Notes: generated by a model not told the origin, from the letters alone. 64,000 bases of DNA from an uncultured Verrucomicrobiae bacterium (GCA_963762565.1 CAVXLD010000005.1:224001-288000); one strand, 5' to 3'; counted from the first letter of the stretch, positions 29,395 through 40,918 are shown. Program-made: numbers and translations.

Positions 29395-32300
29395 TTGGTT
29401 GAAACGGCTCTCGGGCTCAGAGAAGATACCGAAGAACGCCCAAAGTCAGGATGGCGGTTGATCGACATCCTGGAGAGGAAGCTGGTGAACCAAATCGATT
29501 TTGCCGGAGGCACTGAGCACGCTGGAACAGCGTCCACCGCAGCACAGGGCCAGCATCATGAATTCGATGAGCCGGCGCCGGTTGCGATCAGCCCGCTCAT
29601 TGGCCGGGATGCAGAGCTCAGGTTGCTGGAAGATCGTTGGGAACAAGCTTTGGAAGGGCAAAGCCAAACGGTCCTGGTATTAGGAGAGGCGGGTTTGGGC
29701 AAGTCGCGCCTGGTACGGACCATCGCCCGTCTTATTCGAGAAGGCAGCGGCGAAGAGACCGGTACGGGCGATAAGCTTCAGATTCAGGTTGTCGAATGGC
29801 GTTGTGCTGAGCATTTCAGGAATTCTGAACTCCACCCGGTTTCGGGGTTTATGAACCATTTCCTCGGCTTTGGTGCTAACGATACGCCGAGTCTTCGGTT
29901 TGAGCGTTTGGCCCGGCATTTAGAAGAGTACGGTCTGAATTCGCCGGAAAGTGTCGGTCTTTTTGCAAAATTGCTTTTTCTGCCGGAGGACGAGCGTTAT
30001 TTGGCTGCCGGGTTAACCCCTGCTCGGCAGCGAGAAGAAACCTTTCGTCTGCTGCGCAGGTGGCTTGATGCCGGTTCCGCTAAGCGACCCACTCTATTCA
30101 TCGTGGAGGACCTGCACTGGAGCGATGCCTCAACCCTGGAGTTTCTTGGCCAATTGATTGGTGAGAGACAATCCGAAAAAATCCTCACGGTTCTAACCTT
30201 TCGTCCGGAATTCAAAGTCCCGTGGCCGGCCGCCCCGCATCAAACCATCCTGGCCCTGAACCGGCTTAACCGGAGGCAACTGGCGGAGTGGATGCGGATC
30301 GCCTCGAACCGGCCGTTACCGGACTCTCTAATCTCGCAGATCTATCAACGCACCGGCGGTGTTCCGCTCCTGGTAGAAGAGTTTACCCGAATGGTTTGTG
30401 AGTCGGCAGAGGTCCCGGCTACTCTCCAAGATCTGGTGATTGCGCGCTTGGATCGCATGGCTTGTGATCGGGAGGTCGTTTTATTGACCTCAACGTTAGG
30501 GCACCAGTTCGACTATGAATTGCTGGCGTCGACAGCGTCTATCGACGAAGAACGGCTACGAACCGAACTAGCCAAGCTGGTTTCAGCCGGCATCTTGTAC
30601 AGCAAAGGTGAATGGCCCCACTGTAGTTACCGATTCAAACATGCGCTGCTTGAAGAAGCGCTTTACACGTCCATCGACGAGTCGAAGCGCCGCGAATTCC
30701 ATCGACGAGTTGCCGAGACCATGGAAGCCCGGTTTCCAAAGGTGGCGGAGACGCAGCCGGAATTGCTGGCCGAACATTTTACTAAAGCGGGTCAGGTATT
30801 AAAGGCGATCGGGTATTGTTTGAAGGCCGGGCTACGTTCGCGGGACCGGTTTGCCAACGTCGAGGCGGTCAGTCATTTTAAGAAGGGAGTCCACCTCCTG
30901 GAGAAGCTGGAGCCATCGGCCAGGCGAGACGCGCTCGAACTGGAGTTGCTGGGCCCGCTGAGTACAGCCTATATCGCCTGGCGAGGTTATGCCGATCCGG
31001 AGGTAGATCCGATTCTCAGCCGAGCTCACGCACTTTGTGAGCGGGTTGGGGAAACACCTCAGGTGTTCGCGGTCATGTGGGGGAATTTTGCCTATCACAT
31101 TGTGAGGGGTGATTTCCGGATGTGTGCTGCCCTAGCGGAAGAAGCGATTGCCTTCGCCGAACGCCTTAATCATCCCGGGATCCTGATGGAATCTCTTTTC
31201 CTGAGGGGTATTACCTTTTTCTATCGCGGAGACTTTAGCAGCAGCCGGAAGACGTGTGCGGATGCTCTCGCTCGGTTCGATGATCGGGAACGCGCCGCCT
31301 CGTTAGCCAAGCTCATTGGCGAAGATCCGGGTATTACTTGCCGGTGCTATCTGTCCCTTGCCTTGTGGCATCTAGGGTTTGCCGATCAAGCTCTCGAGCT
31401 CAGTCGGCAAACGGTCGAACTGGCCCGCTCGATCAACCATATTTTTAGTTTGGAGTACGCGCTACATCATGCCGGCTGGCTGCTTCAGCATTGCCGCCTT
31501 GGGACCCAAACTCAGGTTGTCGCCGAGGAACAGGGACAGATTGCCAGCGAGCAGGGGTTCCTTTTCTGGCAAGCCACCGGAACTCTTTACGCCGCCGGCG
31601 GGTTGCTTCTACAAGAACGGATCGACCGCGGGCTGCCGTTGCTCGAGAAAGGGCTCCAAGCTTATCGAGCCACGGGCGCTCAGTTGGGGCTTCCGTACTA
31701 TTTCAGTATGTTAGCTGCCGCCTGCATACGGGTGGGCCGCTTTGCTGATGCCGGGAATGCTTTAGGGGAAGCACTCGATTTAGCAAACCAGAACGATGAA
31801 CGTTTTCAAGAAGCGGAACTGTACCGGCTCAAGGGCGAATTGTTGCTAGCTGAGTCCAATGATCAAGCCGGAGCCGAGGAATGGTTCAACCGGGCAATTG
31901 AGACGGCTGAGCGACAGGGGAGCAGAGTATGGAAGCTTCGGGCAACGACCAGTTTAGTGCGACTCTGGCAGAAACAAGGTCAGCGGGAAAAAGCTTTTAC
32001 CTCTCTCAGCGCGGCATACGGTTGGTTCACGGAAGGTAGGTCGACACCGGATTTGGCCGATGCGGCGGCCCTCTACGAAAGCTTGGTCGATGAACGGAAT
32101 CGGGCGGAGTTCGCGGCCGGTCTCAAGTATGTGCGCGAGTGTATACCGCCTCCCATGCATGGCGCCCTTTCAGTGGATTGGCGTTATGTCCCGGCGTCTA
32201 CCCTTGGGGGCGATATCATCGGGTACCATTGGCTGGATCGGGATCATTTAGCGTTTTATCTGATCGATGTTACCGGCCATGGCTTAGATTCAGCACTTCT

Positions 32301-32823
32301 CTCCGTCACTTTAACCAACATTATCCGGACCGGAGCACTCTCTGGAGTCGATATGAAGCGGCCTGATCAAGTGCTGGCGCAGTTGAACGAGACGTTTCGC
32401 GGCCAGCAACACGGAAATAAGTATTTCACCATTTGGTATGGGGTGTACCAATCGACAACCCGTACCCTGACTTGGTCTGGGGGCGGACATCATCCCTCCG
32501 TGCTGCTTCTTCCGGGGGAGCCCGACCCCACAGTGCTCTCTTCTGATGGGCCGATGATCGGCGTGATCACCCAAGCGGAATTTCCCGCCCAATCCTGTCA
32601 GATTCCCGCGGATGCGCGGTTGCTTATCTTCAGTGACGGCGTGTTCGAAATCTTTCAGGACAAACGTCAGATGTGGAATCTCACGGATTGCATAGCCCAT
32701 CTCGGCGTCCTTGCTAAACAAGGAGGCAATCTGATGGACGCCCTCCTGAATCATGTGCTGCGGCTTCGCGGATCGCCTCATCTGAATGATGATTTCTCGA
32801 TTATCGAAGCGAGATTTCGTTAA
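29395..32823 (+). CDS. AAA/STAND-like ATPase + TPR-like helical region + C-terminal PP2C (SpoIIE-type) phosphatase; start uncertain
   Basis: LIGRDAEL, GEAGLGKS, VEDLHWSD, GGVPL, FKHAL; PP2C motifs LGGD, IDVTGHG, YFTIWYG, FSDGV, DDFS. Confidence 0.85.
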   Translation: MVETALGLREDTEERPKSGWRLIDILERKLVNQIDFAGGTEHAGTASTAAQGQHHEFDEPAPVAISPLIGRDAELRLLEDRWEQALEGQSQTVLVLGEAGLGKSRLVRTIARLIREGSGEETGTGDKLQIQVVEWRCAEHFRNSELHPVSGFMNHFLGFGANDTPSLRFERLARHLEEYGLNSPESVGLFAKLLFLPEDERYLAAGLTPARQREETFRLLRRWLDAGSAKRPTLFIVEDLHWSDASTLEFLGQLIGERQSEKILTVLTFRPEFKVPWPAAPHQTILALNRLNRRQLAEWMRIASNRPLPDSLISQIYQRTGGVPLLVEEFTRMVCESAEVPATLQDLVIARLDRMACDREVVLLTSTLGHQFDYELLASTASIDEERLRTELAKLVSAGILYSKGEWPHCSYRFKHALLEEALYTSIDESKRREFHRRVAETMEARFPKVAETQPELLAEHFTKAGQVLKAIGYCLKAGLRSRDRFANVEAVSHFKKGVHLLEKLEPSARRDALELELLGPLSTAYIAWRGYADPEVDPILSRAHALCERVGETPQVFAVMWGNFAYHIVRGDFRMCAALAEEAIAFAERLNHPGILMESLFLRGITFFYRGDFSSSRKTCADALARFDDRERAASLAKLIGEDPGITCRCYLSLALWHLGFADQALELSRQTVELARSINHIFSLEYALHHAGWLLQHCRLGTQTQVVAEEQGQIASEQGFLFWQATGTLYAAGGLLLQERIDRGLPLLEKGLQAYRATGAQLGLPYYFSMLAAACIRVGRFADAGNALGEALDLANQNDERFQEAELYRLKGELLLAESNDQAGAEEWFNRAIETAERQGSRVWKLRATTSLVRLWQKQGQREKAFTSLSAAYGWFTEGRSTPDLADAAALYESLVDERNRAEFAAGLKYVRECIPPPMHGALSVDWRYVPASTLGGDIIGYHWLDRDHLAFYLIDVTGHGLDSALLSVTLTNIIRTGALSGVDMKRPDQVLAQLNETFRGQQHGNKYFTIWYGVYQSTTRTLTWSGGGHHPSVLLLPGEPDPTVLSSDGPMIGVITQAEFPAQSCQIPADARLLIFSDGVFEIFQDKRQMWNLTDCIAHLGVLAKQGGNLMDALLNHVLRLRGSPHLNDDFSIIEARFR

Positions 32824-32826
32824 CAA

Positions 32827-32930
32827 GGGAGGGCGCGCTGCCTGTCGGCCATAGCTTTAGCGACGGAGGATCCCCGCGCGCCGCGAGGATGTGCTACTAC
32901 CCAATCGCGTATTTTCGTCCCGATCGCGAC
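32827..32930. repeat. Family A left arm with a 30-nt insert plus partial spacer
   Basis: Near-identical to 1083-1175. Confidence 0.85.
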
Positions 32931-33347
32931 ACGTCATCGCCTCGTCGCTACCGAACAACTCTTTTGGGAATCGACCGGAGGTCAACCCTGGATAAAGCTG
33001 CTTGTCCAATTAACCCAACAAATCCATGGCGGAAGACAGAACACGAACAGACATTTGGCGAAGAGCGCAGAAGGGTCACATCTTAGACGTGACCCTTACT
33101 TACCAAGCATGCCGGCAACTTAACGATTGGGAAACCAGGAATCTTTAAAGACGCCATCGGTGCCCTTCATTTCGTATAATTCTTTACCGTGATTGTCGAC
33201 GAAGACGTTTCGTCCGGCGAGAACTGCGGTTGCCCGTTAAGACATGACCCCCATCGATCACTTCCTATGATGTGATCTTAGTTAGTAATGGTCGAGGCGA
33301 GCGCTTCTGGGTGGTCCGGTCCGGAAGCGCTATCTCATTCATGTAAA

Positions 33348-34628
33348 CTACCCGTCGCTCAGTTTCATCGTCGCTACCGTCACATGTGGCCAGAGCACAC
33401 CGTTGAAAATTAAAATCACAAGCTGCGAGTATTGAAGCTGCAGGTGTGTCGAATGTTCCCAGAACGGCTCGAGCTCCACGATCGCCCCGGACGGACGACC
33501 CGGGCCCTCATGTAGCGGTATCGGAGGCCCACCTGGGTTTCGCACCCATTCTATCCAGAAGGTTGCGCTGGCCGAATAGACAAAGGCATTGGGAATAGGC
33601 GCCGCTTGAAAGGCTGATGGCGCGGGTGACCCAGCCGGAGGGGGCGTTCGGGTAGCAACCCCTAAGAACGGGATGTTGCTCACTGTCTCGTACAGGCTGC
33701 CAATGCCTTCGGTAGGCTTGCCATCCGCCGACAAGGTATCTGTAGTGAGATGGATCTCGATATGCCCAAGGATATCCTGATCCTTGATCGCATGCCGGAG
33801 CACCGAGTTGGGATCATCGACGAAGTGCTGGAAGTGTTCTGGGAATGGCCCGCTGCTGAGAGAGGGCGGCACCAGCGTGTCCAGCGCGATATTGATCTCC
33901 GGCACGAAATGCGCGGCGCCGTCAACCGTAACTGGCTGGATCCCCATCCCCGGTGGGTTGGGCCCGGGAGGAACCGGAGGAGGTGCGGTGTAAGGCGGGA
34001 AGGACGCAGCAGTCACCCCAGGATACCCAGTGAAAGGCGTGAGTTTCGGAATGTCCGGCTTGCCGTCCTTGGGTTTGCTGTCGGGGCTCGGCCCCTGCAT
34101 CAGCACGGTGGTCCCATGCGGGATGCTCCCCATCCGCACGATGGACTTTTTGTTCACGATCGGGACGGGGGGGTCGCCGGTATTGGTTTGCTTGCTCGCA
34201 GGCACAAGCATGAACAGTCCCGGCTCGATATGCAGCGCCTGGCCGGCCGTTTGGGAATATCCGTGAGGATGCACGCTTGGCGACGGTGCCGGATCCGCGT
34301 CGCTCACCCGCTGCAGGTAATGCAAGCCGTAAAGGCCGAGATCTTTCTGCGGGTCCAATCCACGGTTCGGCACTACCCCTGGAATGACTTGGAAATGAAA
34401 GCTGTCATCCGTAAGGTTGAGCTCGAGGAAACGCTTGGTCGCATTTCCGACCGGGTCCGATTTCTGATTATGGGGCCGCCAGATTGCGTTGAAGCCTGGC
34501 CCTCGCCAGCTGCCCGCCAAGAATGCGAGCGGACCGAGCTGCAAAGCGGTTGTGATCGGCCCCTGCTGGAACCGAGGGGGCACTGACGGATCCAAATTCT
34601 CACGCGTACTGTCATTGATTGAGGGCAT
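33348..34628 (-). CDS. Conserved protein, probably heme-binding / FMP-type peroxidase family
   Basis: LGPL..L.G.W.G.GFN, VPNRG, YLQRVSD, LHIEPG, IPHGTT, TFWIE, LQYSQ..L.F..WPHVTVAT motifs; family assignment recalled from memory. Confidence 0.65.
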   Translation of the reverse strand: MPSINDSTRENLDPSVPPRFQQGPITTALQLGPLAFLAGSWRGPGFNAIWRPHNQKSDPVGNATKRFLELNLTDDSFHFQVIPGVVPNRGLDPQKDLGLYGLHYLQRVSDADPAPSPSVHPHGYSQTAGQALHIEPGLFMLVPASKQTNTGDPPVPIVNKKSIVRMGSIPHGTTVLMQGPSPDSKPKDGKPDIPKLTPFTGYPGVTAASFPPYTAPPPVPPGPNPPGMGIQPVTVDGAAHFVPEINIALDTLVPPSLSSGPFPEHFQHFVDDPNSVLRHAIKDQDILGHIEIHLTTDTLSADGKPTEGIGSLYETVSNIPFLGVATRTPPPAGSPAPSAFQAAPIPNAFVYSASATFWIEWVRNPGGPPIPLHEGPGRPSGAIVELEPFWEHSTHLQLQYSQLVILIFNGVLWPHVTVATMKLSDG

Positions 34629-35022
34629 ACAAAACTCCTTATACGATCTTGGTTTCGATTTAGAGTGGATCAGCCGATTGGCGATTCTAACTCAGCTTTG
34701 AACATAGGTTGTTTGGAATCAGTGTCTGTACGCGTTAGGGCGTATGTTCGGAGGAACAGTGGAAGTCGGAGCATTCATTGGGCATGCCCAACATCAGTAT
34801 CAACACAATAAGAAAGGATGTATCGATGCCCCTGTTTTCTAGCGTTCTTCCGTTGCGTCCTTTGTGGGACGGATCGCTTTCTTTCTTACAATTCCAGGCA
34901 CTTCGTGCCAGCCTACCATCATTTCGTCCCTCCGGGACTCAGAGACGATACGGCTATCGAGTTTTTCGACAGGCTGCTAGGCGGGCAGGGATCAATTAAT
35001 CTAAGAGTCACATACGGAACTT

Positions 35023-35424
35023 ATGCTCGATCACATCATTTTGACGGTTAGCAACTTCACCGAAGCGGTCGCTTTTTATGAAGCGGTATTGCCGCACCTG
35101 ACAATCGCTGTTCGCCAAGATTACGATGGCAAGGATGGACCTCCGGGGCACCCTGATCTAAAAGGTTTTGGAGCGAATGGCCGGCTATTCTTTTGGTTGC
35201 GGGAAGGCACACCCCATTCCGATGCAGTTCATGTCGGCTTCGTTGCGGATTCGGAAAAGGCGGTCCAGGCCGCTTATAGCGCAGCCCTGGCCGCAGGAGC
35301 AACCAGTACGCACGTTCCTGGTCCGCAACTACATTACGATCCTCGATACTACGCAGCTCAGGTCGTTGACCTGGATGGTTACACCCTTGAGTTCGTCTAC
35401 AAAAGCTGGCAGCGCGTAGGGTGA
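35023..35424 (+). CDS. VOC/glyoxalase family protein
   Basis: MLDHI.L.V, HVGF.A, YYAA.V.D.DG..LE motifs. Confidence 0.9.
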   Translation: MLDHIILTVSNFTEAVAFYEAVLPHLTIAVRQDYDGKDGPPGHPDLKGFGANGRLFFWLREGTPHSDAVHVGFVADSEKAVQAAYSAALAAGATSTHVPGPQLHYDPRYYAAQVVDLDGYTLEFVYKSWQRVG

Positions 35425-35427
35425 GAG

Positions 35428-35488
35428 GTGAGCACTGAGCAGTCAGCAGTCAGCAGTCAGCAGTGAGCTGTAAGCAGTAAGCAGTGAG
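35428..35488. repeat. Degenerate heptamer tandem array (AGCAGTC / AGCAGTG / AGCAGTA)
   Basis: About 8 units read directly. Confidence 0.85.
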
Positions 35489-35723
35489 AAGGTGCGGGGA
35501 TCGGGCTAGTTAGTCTGGGGGATCCCTTTGCTATCTGCTATTTTCTGTTTGCTATTCCGGGGCGAGCGCCGGCCGCGCCCAGAAAAACCTTCGTTTGCTT
35601 CGTTAGCTTCCGTAACGTTCGTTTTCTTTTTGTCTTTGTGGCCTTTGTATCCTTCTGTGAGATTCTGTTCCTCCCGGGGGAAGCTTAACTCCAAACGAGA
35701 CCCAACAACACCGTCGCAGTTTT

Positions 35724-37082
35724 ATGATCACATCTATCAAACACGCCCTTTCGGCCAGCGCCGAGCAGAACATTGAGATCGCGGGTTGGATCCGATCCCG
35801 GCGAGATTCCAAAGCCTTTTCGTTCCTTGAAGTTAACGACGGTTCCTGCCTGAGCAATCTGCAGGTGATCGTCGACCAGGAGGTGCCGGGTTATGAGCAG
35901 GTGCTCCACGCCACCACCGGTAGCTCGGTGCGGGTGGCGGGCCGGCTAACTGCGTCTCCCGCCGCCGGCCAAAAATGGGAGCTTCGCGCCACCCAGGTAG
36001 AAATCATCGGAGTGGCCGACGCGAGCTATCCCCTGCAAAAGAAAGGGCACACCGTCGAGTTCCTTCGCACCATCGCGCACTTACGTCCGCGATCCAATCT
36101 GTTCGGCGCGGTTTTCCGGGTTCGGAGTCGTCTGGCGTATGCGGTGCATCGATTCTTTCAGGAGCGAGATTTTGTGTATGTCCAGACGCCAATCATTACA
36201 GCCAGTGATTGCGAAGGCGCGGGCGAATTGTTTCGCGTCACCACACTGAAACAGGGCAAGGACAAGGCTGACGAACCCGACTTTTTCGGTAAGTCCACGT
36301 ACCTGACGGTCAGCGGGCAACTGGAAGCCGAAACGTTCGCCTGCGCATTGTCAAAAGTATACACCTTCGGGCCTACTTTCCGGGCTGAGAACTCGAATAC
36401 CTCTCGGCATGCGGCGGAGTTTTGGATGATCGAACCGGAGATGGCCTTCTGCGATCTACGGGGGGATATGGACCTCGCCGAGGAGTTCGTAAAAGCAATG
36501 GTGCGACACGCTCTGGAGCACTGCCCGGATGAGCTGGGCCTGTTTACCAAGTTTGTGGACAAGGAACTGGTGGCGCGGCTCACTCTCGTGGCTGAACAAC
36601 CGTTCCAGCGACTCTCTTACGCCGACGCGATCTCGATTCTTAACGTCTCCGGGCGGACCTTTGAGTATCCGGTCACGGATGGTATGAGCCTGCAGTCGGA
36701 ACACGAAAGGTTTCTGGCCGAAGAGCATTTCCGGGTGCCCGTGATCGTCCATGATTATCCGCGGCAGGCTAAACCGTTCTATATGCGCGTAAACGATGAT
36801 GGCAAAACGGTAGCCGCGATGGATGTGCTGGTGGCGAGCATCGGCGAAATTATCGGCGGTTCTCAGCGCGAGGAGCGTCTGAGTGTGTTGCAGGAAAACA
36901 TGCGCTCTCACGGCCTGTCCGAAGAAGAGTATTGGTGGTACCTGGATCTACGTCGTTTTGGCACCGTCCCGCATGCTGGTTTCGGTCTTGGTTTCGAACG
37001 GCTCCTGATGTTCCTAACGGGGGTATCCAACATCAGGGATGTGATTCCGTTTTCGCGTACGCCTGGGAACGCTGAATTTTAG
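35724..37082 (+). CDS. asnS: Asparagine--tRNA ligase
   Basis: [39 protein letters not shown]. Confidence 0.97.
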   Translation: MITSIKHALSASAEQNIEIAGWIRSRRDSKAFSFLEVNDGSCLSNLQVIVDQEVPGYEQVLHATTGSSVRVAGRLTASPAAGQKWELRATQVEIIGVADASYPLQKKGHTVEFLRTIAHLRPRSNLFGAVFRVRSRLAYAVHRFFQERDFVYVQTPIITASDCEGAGELFRVTTLKQGKDKADEPDFFGKSTYLTVSGQLEAETFACALSKVYTFGPTFRAENSNTSRHAAEFWMIEPEMAFCDLRGDMDLAEEFVKAMVRHALEHCPDELGLFTKFVDKELVARLTLVAEQPFQRLSYADAISILNVSGRTFEYPVTDGMSLQSEHERFLAEEHFRVPVIVHDYPRQAKPFYMRVNDDGKTVAAMDVLVASIGEIIGGSQREERLSVLQENMRSHGLSEEEYWWYLDLRRFGTVPHAGFGLGFERLLMFLTGVSNIRDVIPFSRTPGNAEF

Positions 37083-37173
37083 TGTCCTGTCCCGCAAATA
37101 AGTAAGAAAAATCTCACGCAAAGGGCGAAGCACATGAGGTAAGACCCGCAACAGGCGGCTGAAGGAGCTGATT

Positions 37174-38637
37174 ATGGCGCTCAGTACCCGAAGACAGTTC
37201 GTCCGGCAAACGGCAGTCGCTGCTGCGACCCTTTGCGGATGCCCGGCTGCTGCTTTTGCCGGATTGCCGCGAACGGCTGAGGAAACCGGTCAGGATCCGG
37301 CCCCAGTCGAGCCGGCCGCGATAAGAAAGCTTGTTTCCCAGGTTCACGGAGACGTCATTATACCGGAGTCGCCTGACTATGACTCCTCACGTCTGGTTTT
37401 CAATCGCGCATTCGATCGGCATCCGGCGCTGATCGTGCGCTGCGCTGACTCGAACGATATCGCGCGGGCACTCGAATTTGCTCAGAAGAAAAATCTGCCA
37501 TTGGCAGTGCGCGGCGGAGGCCATAACCGAGCTGGATTCAGCGTCTGCGATGACGGCGTGGTGATCGATCTCTCCGGGATGAACCGGGTTGAAGTTGACG
37601 CAGACAACCGCGTGGCTCGGGCACAGGCAGGCGCGCTGGTGCGAGACCTGGATCGTGCGACGCAGCGAGTTGGATTGGCCACGACGTCGGGTGGTTGTCC
37701 CACCGTAGGAATCGCCGGCTTAACGCTCGGCGGTGGAGAGGGCCTCCTGATGTCGAAGTACGGCGCCGCCTGCGACAACTTGTTATCGGCCCACCTTGTG
37801 ATGGTGGACGGAAGCCAAGTCGAAGCCAGCCAAAACTCGAATGCCGATCTTTTCTGGGCGATTCGCGGCGGTGGCGGAAACTTCGGAGTGGTGACCGCGC
37901 TCGAGTACCAGCTCCACCCGGTGACCGACTTTCTAGCGGGAACTCTTACTTACCCTCCCGGGCGAAGTCCGGAGCTCCTAAAAGCCTTCCTCAAGTTCGT
38001 CGCCACTGCGCCGGATGAGATGAATGTTGTCGGTGGGGTGTTACCATCCGAAGAGGGGAGCCGGTTCTGGATCCTGGTTGGATATTGCGGTGATCCAAGC
38101 AAAGGCAATGAATTGCTTGCGCCGCTGCGGGCTCTCAAACCGATAGAAGACAAAATCAGGGCTCTATCCTATCTGGAAGCTCAGGCCGGAGCGGGATTTC
38201 TTTCAGCGCCCGTCGCCCATTTTCAAACGGACCTGTTCCTTCCGGAACTCACGGACGCAGCAATTGCAGCGATCACACAGGCAACCAAGGATGCACCACC
38301 AAAAGCCAAAGTATTGATAGTGCCGTTTTACGGCGCTATTACGCGCGTCGCTGTCGATGATACGGCGTTCGCTTTGCGGCGACCGGGTTACGAGGTTGAC
38401 ATCGTAGGACTCTGGAGCGGGCCGGCCGAGAAAACGAGGGCGATAGAATGGGTCAAGTCCCTGCGCAATCAATTGCAACCTTTTGCCCAAGGGGTGTACG
38501 CCAACCAGCTCGGCGAAACGAGCGACGAGCTTGTCCGGGCGGCATACGGTCAAAACTACGCTCGACTGGTAGAAATTAAGAAGAAGTACGACCCCACGAA
38601 CGTCCTGCGGCTCAATCAGAATATCAAACCGGACTAA
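37174..38637 (+). CDS. Tat-exported FAD-binding oxidoreductase (berberine-bridge-enzyme-like)
   Basis: STRRQFV twin-arginine signal, VRGGGH, LFWAIRGGGGNFGVVT, IKKKYDP.N motifs. Confidence 0.9.
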   Translation: MALSTRRQFVRQTAVAAATLCGCPAAAFAGLPRTAEETGQDPAPVEPAAIRKLVSQVHGDVIIPESPDYDSSRLVFNRAFDRHPALIVRCADSNDIARALEFAQKKNLPLAVRGGGHNRAGFSVCDDGVVIDLSGMNRVEVDADNRVARAQAGALVRDLDRATQRVGLATTSGGCPTVGIAGLTLGGGEGLLMSKYGAACDNLLSAHLVMVDGSQVEASQNSNADLFWAIRGGGGNFGVVTALEYQLHPVTDFLAGTLTYPPGRSPELLKAFLKFVATAPDEMNVVGGVLPSEEGSRFWILVGYCGDPSKGNELLAPLRALKPIEDKIRALSYLEAQAGAGFLSAPVAHFQTDLFLPELTDAAIAAITQATKDAPPKAKVLIVPFYGAITRVAVDDTAFALRRPGYEVDIVGLWSGPAEKTRAIEWVKSLRNQLQPFAQGVYANQLGETSDELVRAAYGQNYARLVEIKKKYDPTNVLRLNQNIKPD

Positions 38638-38679
38638 TTTGCGCCAGAAAACCCCTCGAACAAGGCCGGAAGAAAAATG

Positions 38680-38790
38680 TCACGCAAAGACGCAAACGTA
38701 AAACCGGAAAAACACGGAGTTCACAGAAGATCACGAAGGTCACAAAGAGGTCTTGAATTCTGCCTTTGTGATCTTTGTGGCCTTCTGTGG
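38680..38790. repeat. 9-mer-arm hairpin between convergent genes
   Basis: cacagaagatcacgaaggtcacaaag ... ctttgtgatctttgtggccttctgtg. Confidence 0.8.
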
Positions 38791-38854
38791 ATGATTTGTT
38801 TTTTTGCGCTCGTCGGCCACTATTCCAGTTCCGTAGCCCAGCGCCGACGTTTTC

Positions 38855-40690
38855 TCATCCAACCTTTTTTGCGCCGGATGGTTTTGCTGCCTCCTTCGCC
38901 CAGGAGTCCTTGAGTGTGACCGTCCGGTTGAAGACCAGGTGTTCAGACGTGCTGTCCTTGTCCAGGGCGAAGTATCCGATCCGCTCAAACTGATACCTGG
39001 TCTCGCTTCGCGCCTCCCGCAAGCTTGGTTCGCATTTAGCTGCAACGACTTCGAGTGAGGCGGGATTCAAATTGCGCTCGAAGTCGGTTCCGGTCTCGGG
39101 CTCGGCTTCCAGAAAGAGGCGATCGTAGAGACGCACTTCAGCATCGATCGAGTCTGCGGCGCTAACCCAGTGGATCGTCCCCTTGATTTTACGATTCGCG
39201 TTCGCGCCGCCGCTCTTGCTGTCCAAGTCCGCTGTGCAGCGGAGTTCTAAAATGTTGCCAGCTGCATCCTTGATGACCTCTTCGCATTTGATGATGTACG
39301 CATACTTGAGACGTACCTCACCGCCGGGCCGTAGCCGGAAATACTTCGGCGGCGGATCTTCCATGAAATCGCTGCTTTCAATGTAAAGCTCGCGCCTGAA
39401 CGGAACTCCACGCGTACCAGAGTTCGGATCTTCCGGGTTGTTGACCGCATTGAGCGTTTCGCTTTGACCTTCCGGATAATTCGTCAGGATCACCTTGATT
39501 GGGCGCAAGACTGCTAGACGCCGAAGCGCCGTCTTATTCAACTCGTCGCGGATGGCGTGCTCGAGGACTGCGACGTCGGTGAGGCCGTCATATTTAGTGA
39601 TACCGATGTTGTAGGCGAAGGCGCGCAGAGCACTGGCTGTAACCCCGCGGCGGCGGAGTCCTGAGATGGTAGGCATCCGCGGATCGTCCCATCCGGCGAC
39701 GAGCCCCTTTTCAACCAGCTGTATGAGCTTGCGCTTGCTTAGCACGGTATAGGTGAGATTCAGGCGCGCGAACTCGTATTGATGCGGTAGCTTCCGCGGT
39801 AAATCGAGGCTCTCCAGAACCCAATCGTAAAGAGGACGGTGCACTTCAAATTCCAACGTGCAAACGGAATGGGTCACACCTTCGATATAATCGCTCAAGC
39901 AGTGTGCGAAATCATACATCGGGTAGATACACCAGTGGTTGCCAGTGCGGTGATGCGCAGCATGCCGAATCCGGTAGAGCACCGGGTCTCGCATCCAAAC
40001 ATTCGGCGACTGCATGTCGATCTTTGCCCGAAGCGTGGAATGACCGTCGGGAAACTCGCCCGCGCGCATCCGCTGGAAGAGGCTAAAATTCTCATCCGGC
40101 GAGCGTCCACGAAATGGACTCTCCTTTCCGCTTACCCGGTAGCTGTCAGTGTCCGAGGGTGAGAGCTCATCCACGTACGCCTTGCCCTTGGCGATGAGCT
40201 GAACTGCGTATTCAAAAAATTGCTCGAAATAGTCCGAGGCGTAGAATGGCTCCCCGTTGGCCTCGGGTTGCGCTTGGCCGATAGCCGAATTTGCAGCAGC
40301 CTTTTCTAAAACGATCGGCCGCAAAGAAAAGTCGGGTCTGCCGTTGACCTCCTGAACGTCGCTAGTTTTGCCCTTTGATTTCAGCCCGAGAACCTGGTCT
40401 GCCCAGGAGGCGATCAGCCAATTTACGTCCTCCACAATCGACTCGACATACTCGGTTTCCTCTTTGGTCGGGTTCGTGTCGTCCATGCGGAGGTTACATA
40501 CCCCTCCGAATTCACGGGCGATCCCGAAATTAAGGCAGATCGATTTGGCGTGGCCGATATGGAGATAACCGTTTGGCTCTGGTGGAAATCGGGTGTGGCT
40601 AAATGGATATTTACCGGCCTTCAAGTCGTCCGTGACGATATCGCGAATAAAATCTGAAGGTGCGGTTTGTTCTCCGGTCTCTGTGCTCAT
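38855..40690 (-). CDS. glnS: Glutamine--tRNA ligase
   Basis: [44 protein letters not shown]. Confidence 0.97.
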   Translation of the reverse strand: MSTETGEQTAPSDFIRDIVTDDLKAGKYPFSHTRFPPEPNGYLHIGHAKSICLNFGIAREFGGVCNLRMDDTNPTKEETEYVESIVEDVNWLIASWADQVLGLKSKGKTSDVQEVNGRPDFSLRPIVLEKAAANSAIGQAQPEANGEPFYASDYFEQFFEYAVQLIAKGKAYVDELSPSDTDSYRVSGKESPFRGRSPDENFSLFQRMRAGEFPDGHSTLRAKIDMQSPNVWMRDPVLYRIRHAAHHRTGNHWCIYPMYDFAHCLSDYIEGVTHSVCTLEFEVHRPLYDWVLESLDLPRKLPHQYEFARLNLTYTVLSKRKLIQLVEKGLVAGWDDPRMPTISGLRRRGVTASALRAFAYNIGITKYDGLTDVAVLEHAIRDELNKTALRRLAVLRPIKVILTNYPEGQSETLNAVNNPEDPNSGTRGVPFRRELYIESSDFMEDPPPKYFRLRPGGEVRLKYAYIIKCEEVIKDAAGNILELRCTADLDSKSGGANANRKIKGTIHWVSAADSIDAEVRLYDRLFLEAEPETGTDFERNLNPASLEVVAAKCEPSLREARSETRYQFERIGYFALDKDSTSEHLVFNRTVTLKDSWAKEAAKPSGAKKVG

Positions 40691-40918
40691 GAAAAGATTA
40701 GCAACTTAATCGCGCGCGGCGAACTGTTCAAACGTTGGGCGTTTTCTCATTTTTGCCGCCAACCGGCGGCAAGGGGGAATAAGAGTCAGGTCTAAGCCCT
40801 CAACACAAGCTGAAATGATGTGTTGAGTGTTTGGACGTGGCCCCGTACTTTGGCCCCCAGATTCAAAACCCAACGACACGAGCCAATGACCCGAGTCTTG
40901 ATTTCACTTAGTGTTTGC

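Noticed and set aside
33119..33235. Protein-like minus-strand fragment (VFVDNHGKELYEMKGTDGVFKDSWFPNR)
   Set aside because: Too short, with no convincing start and no identifiable family
33750..34586. 278 aa plus-strand ORF
   Set aside because: Antisense shadow of the 426 aa minus-strand gene, with no motifs
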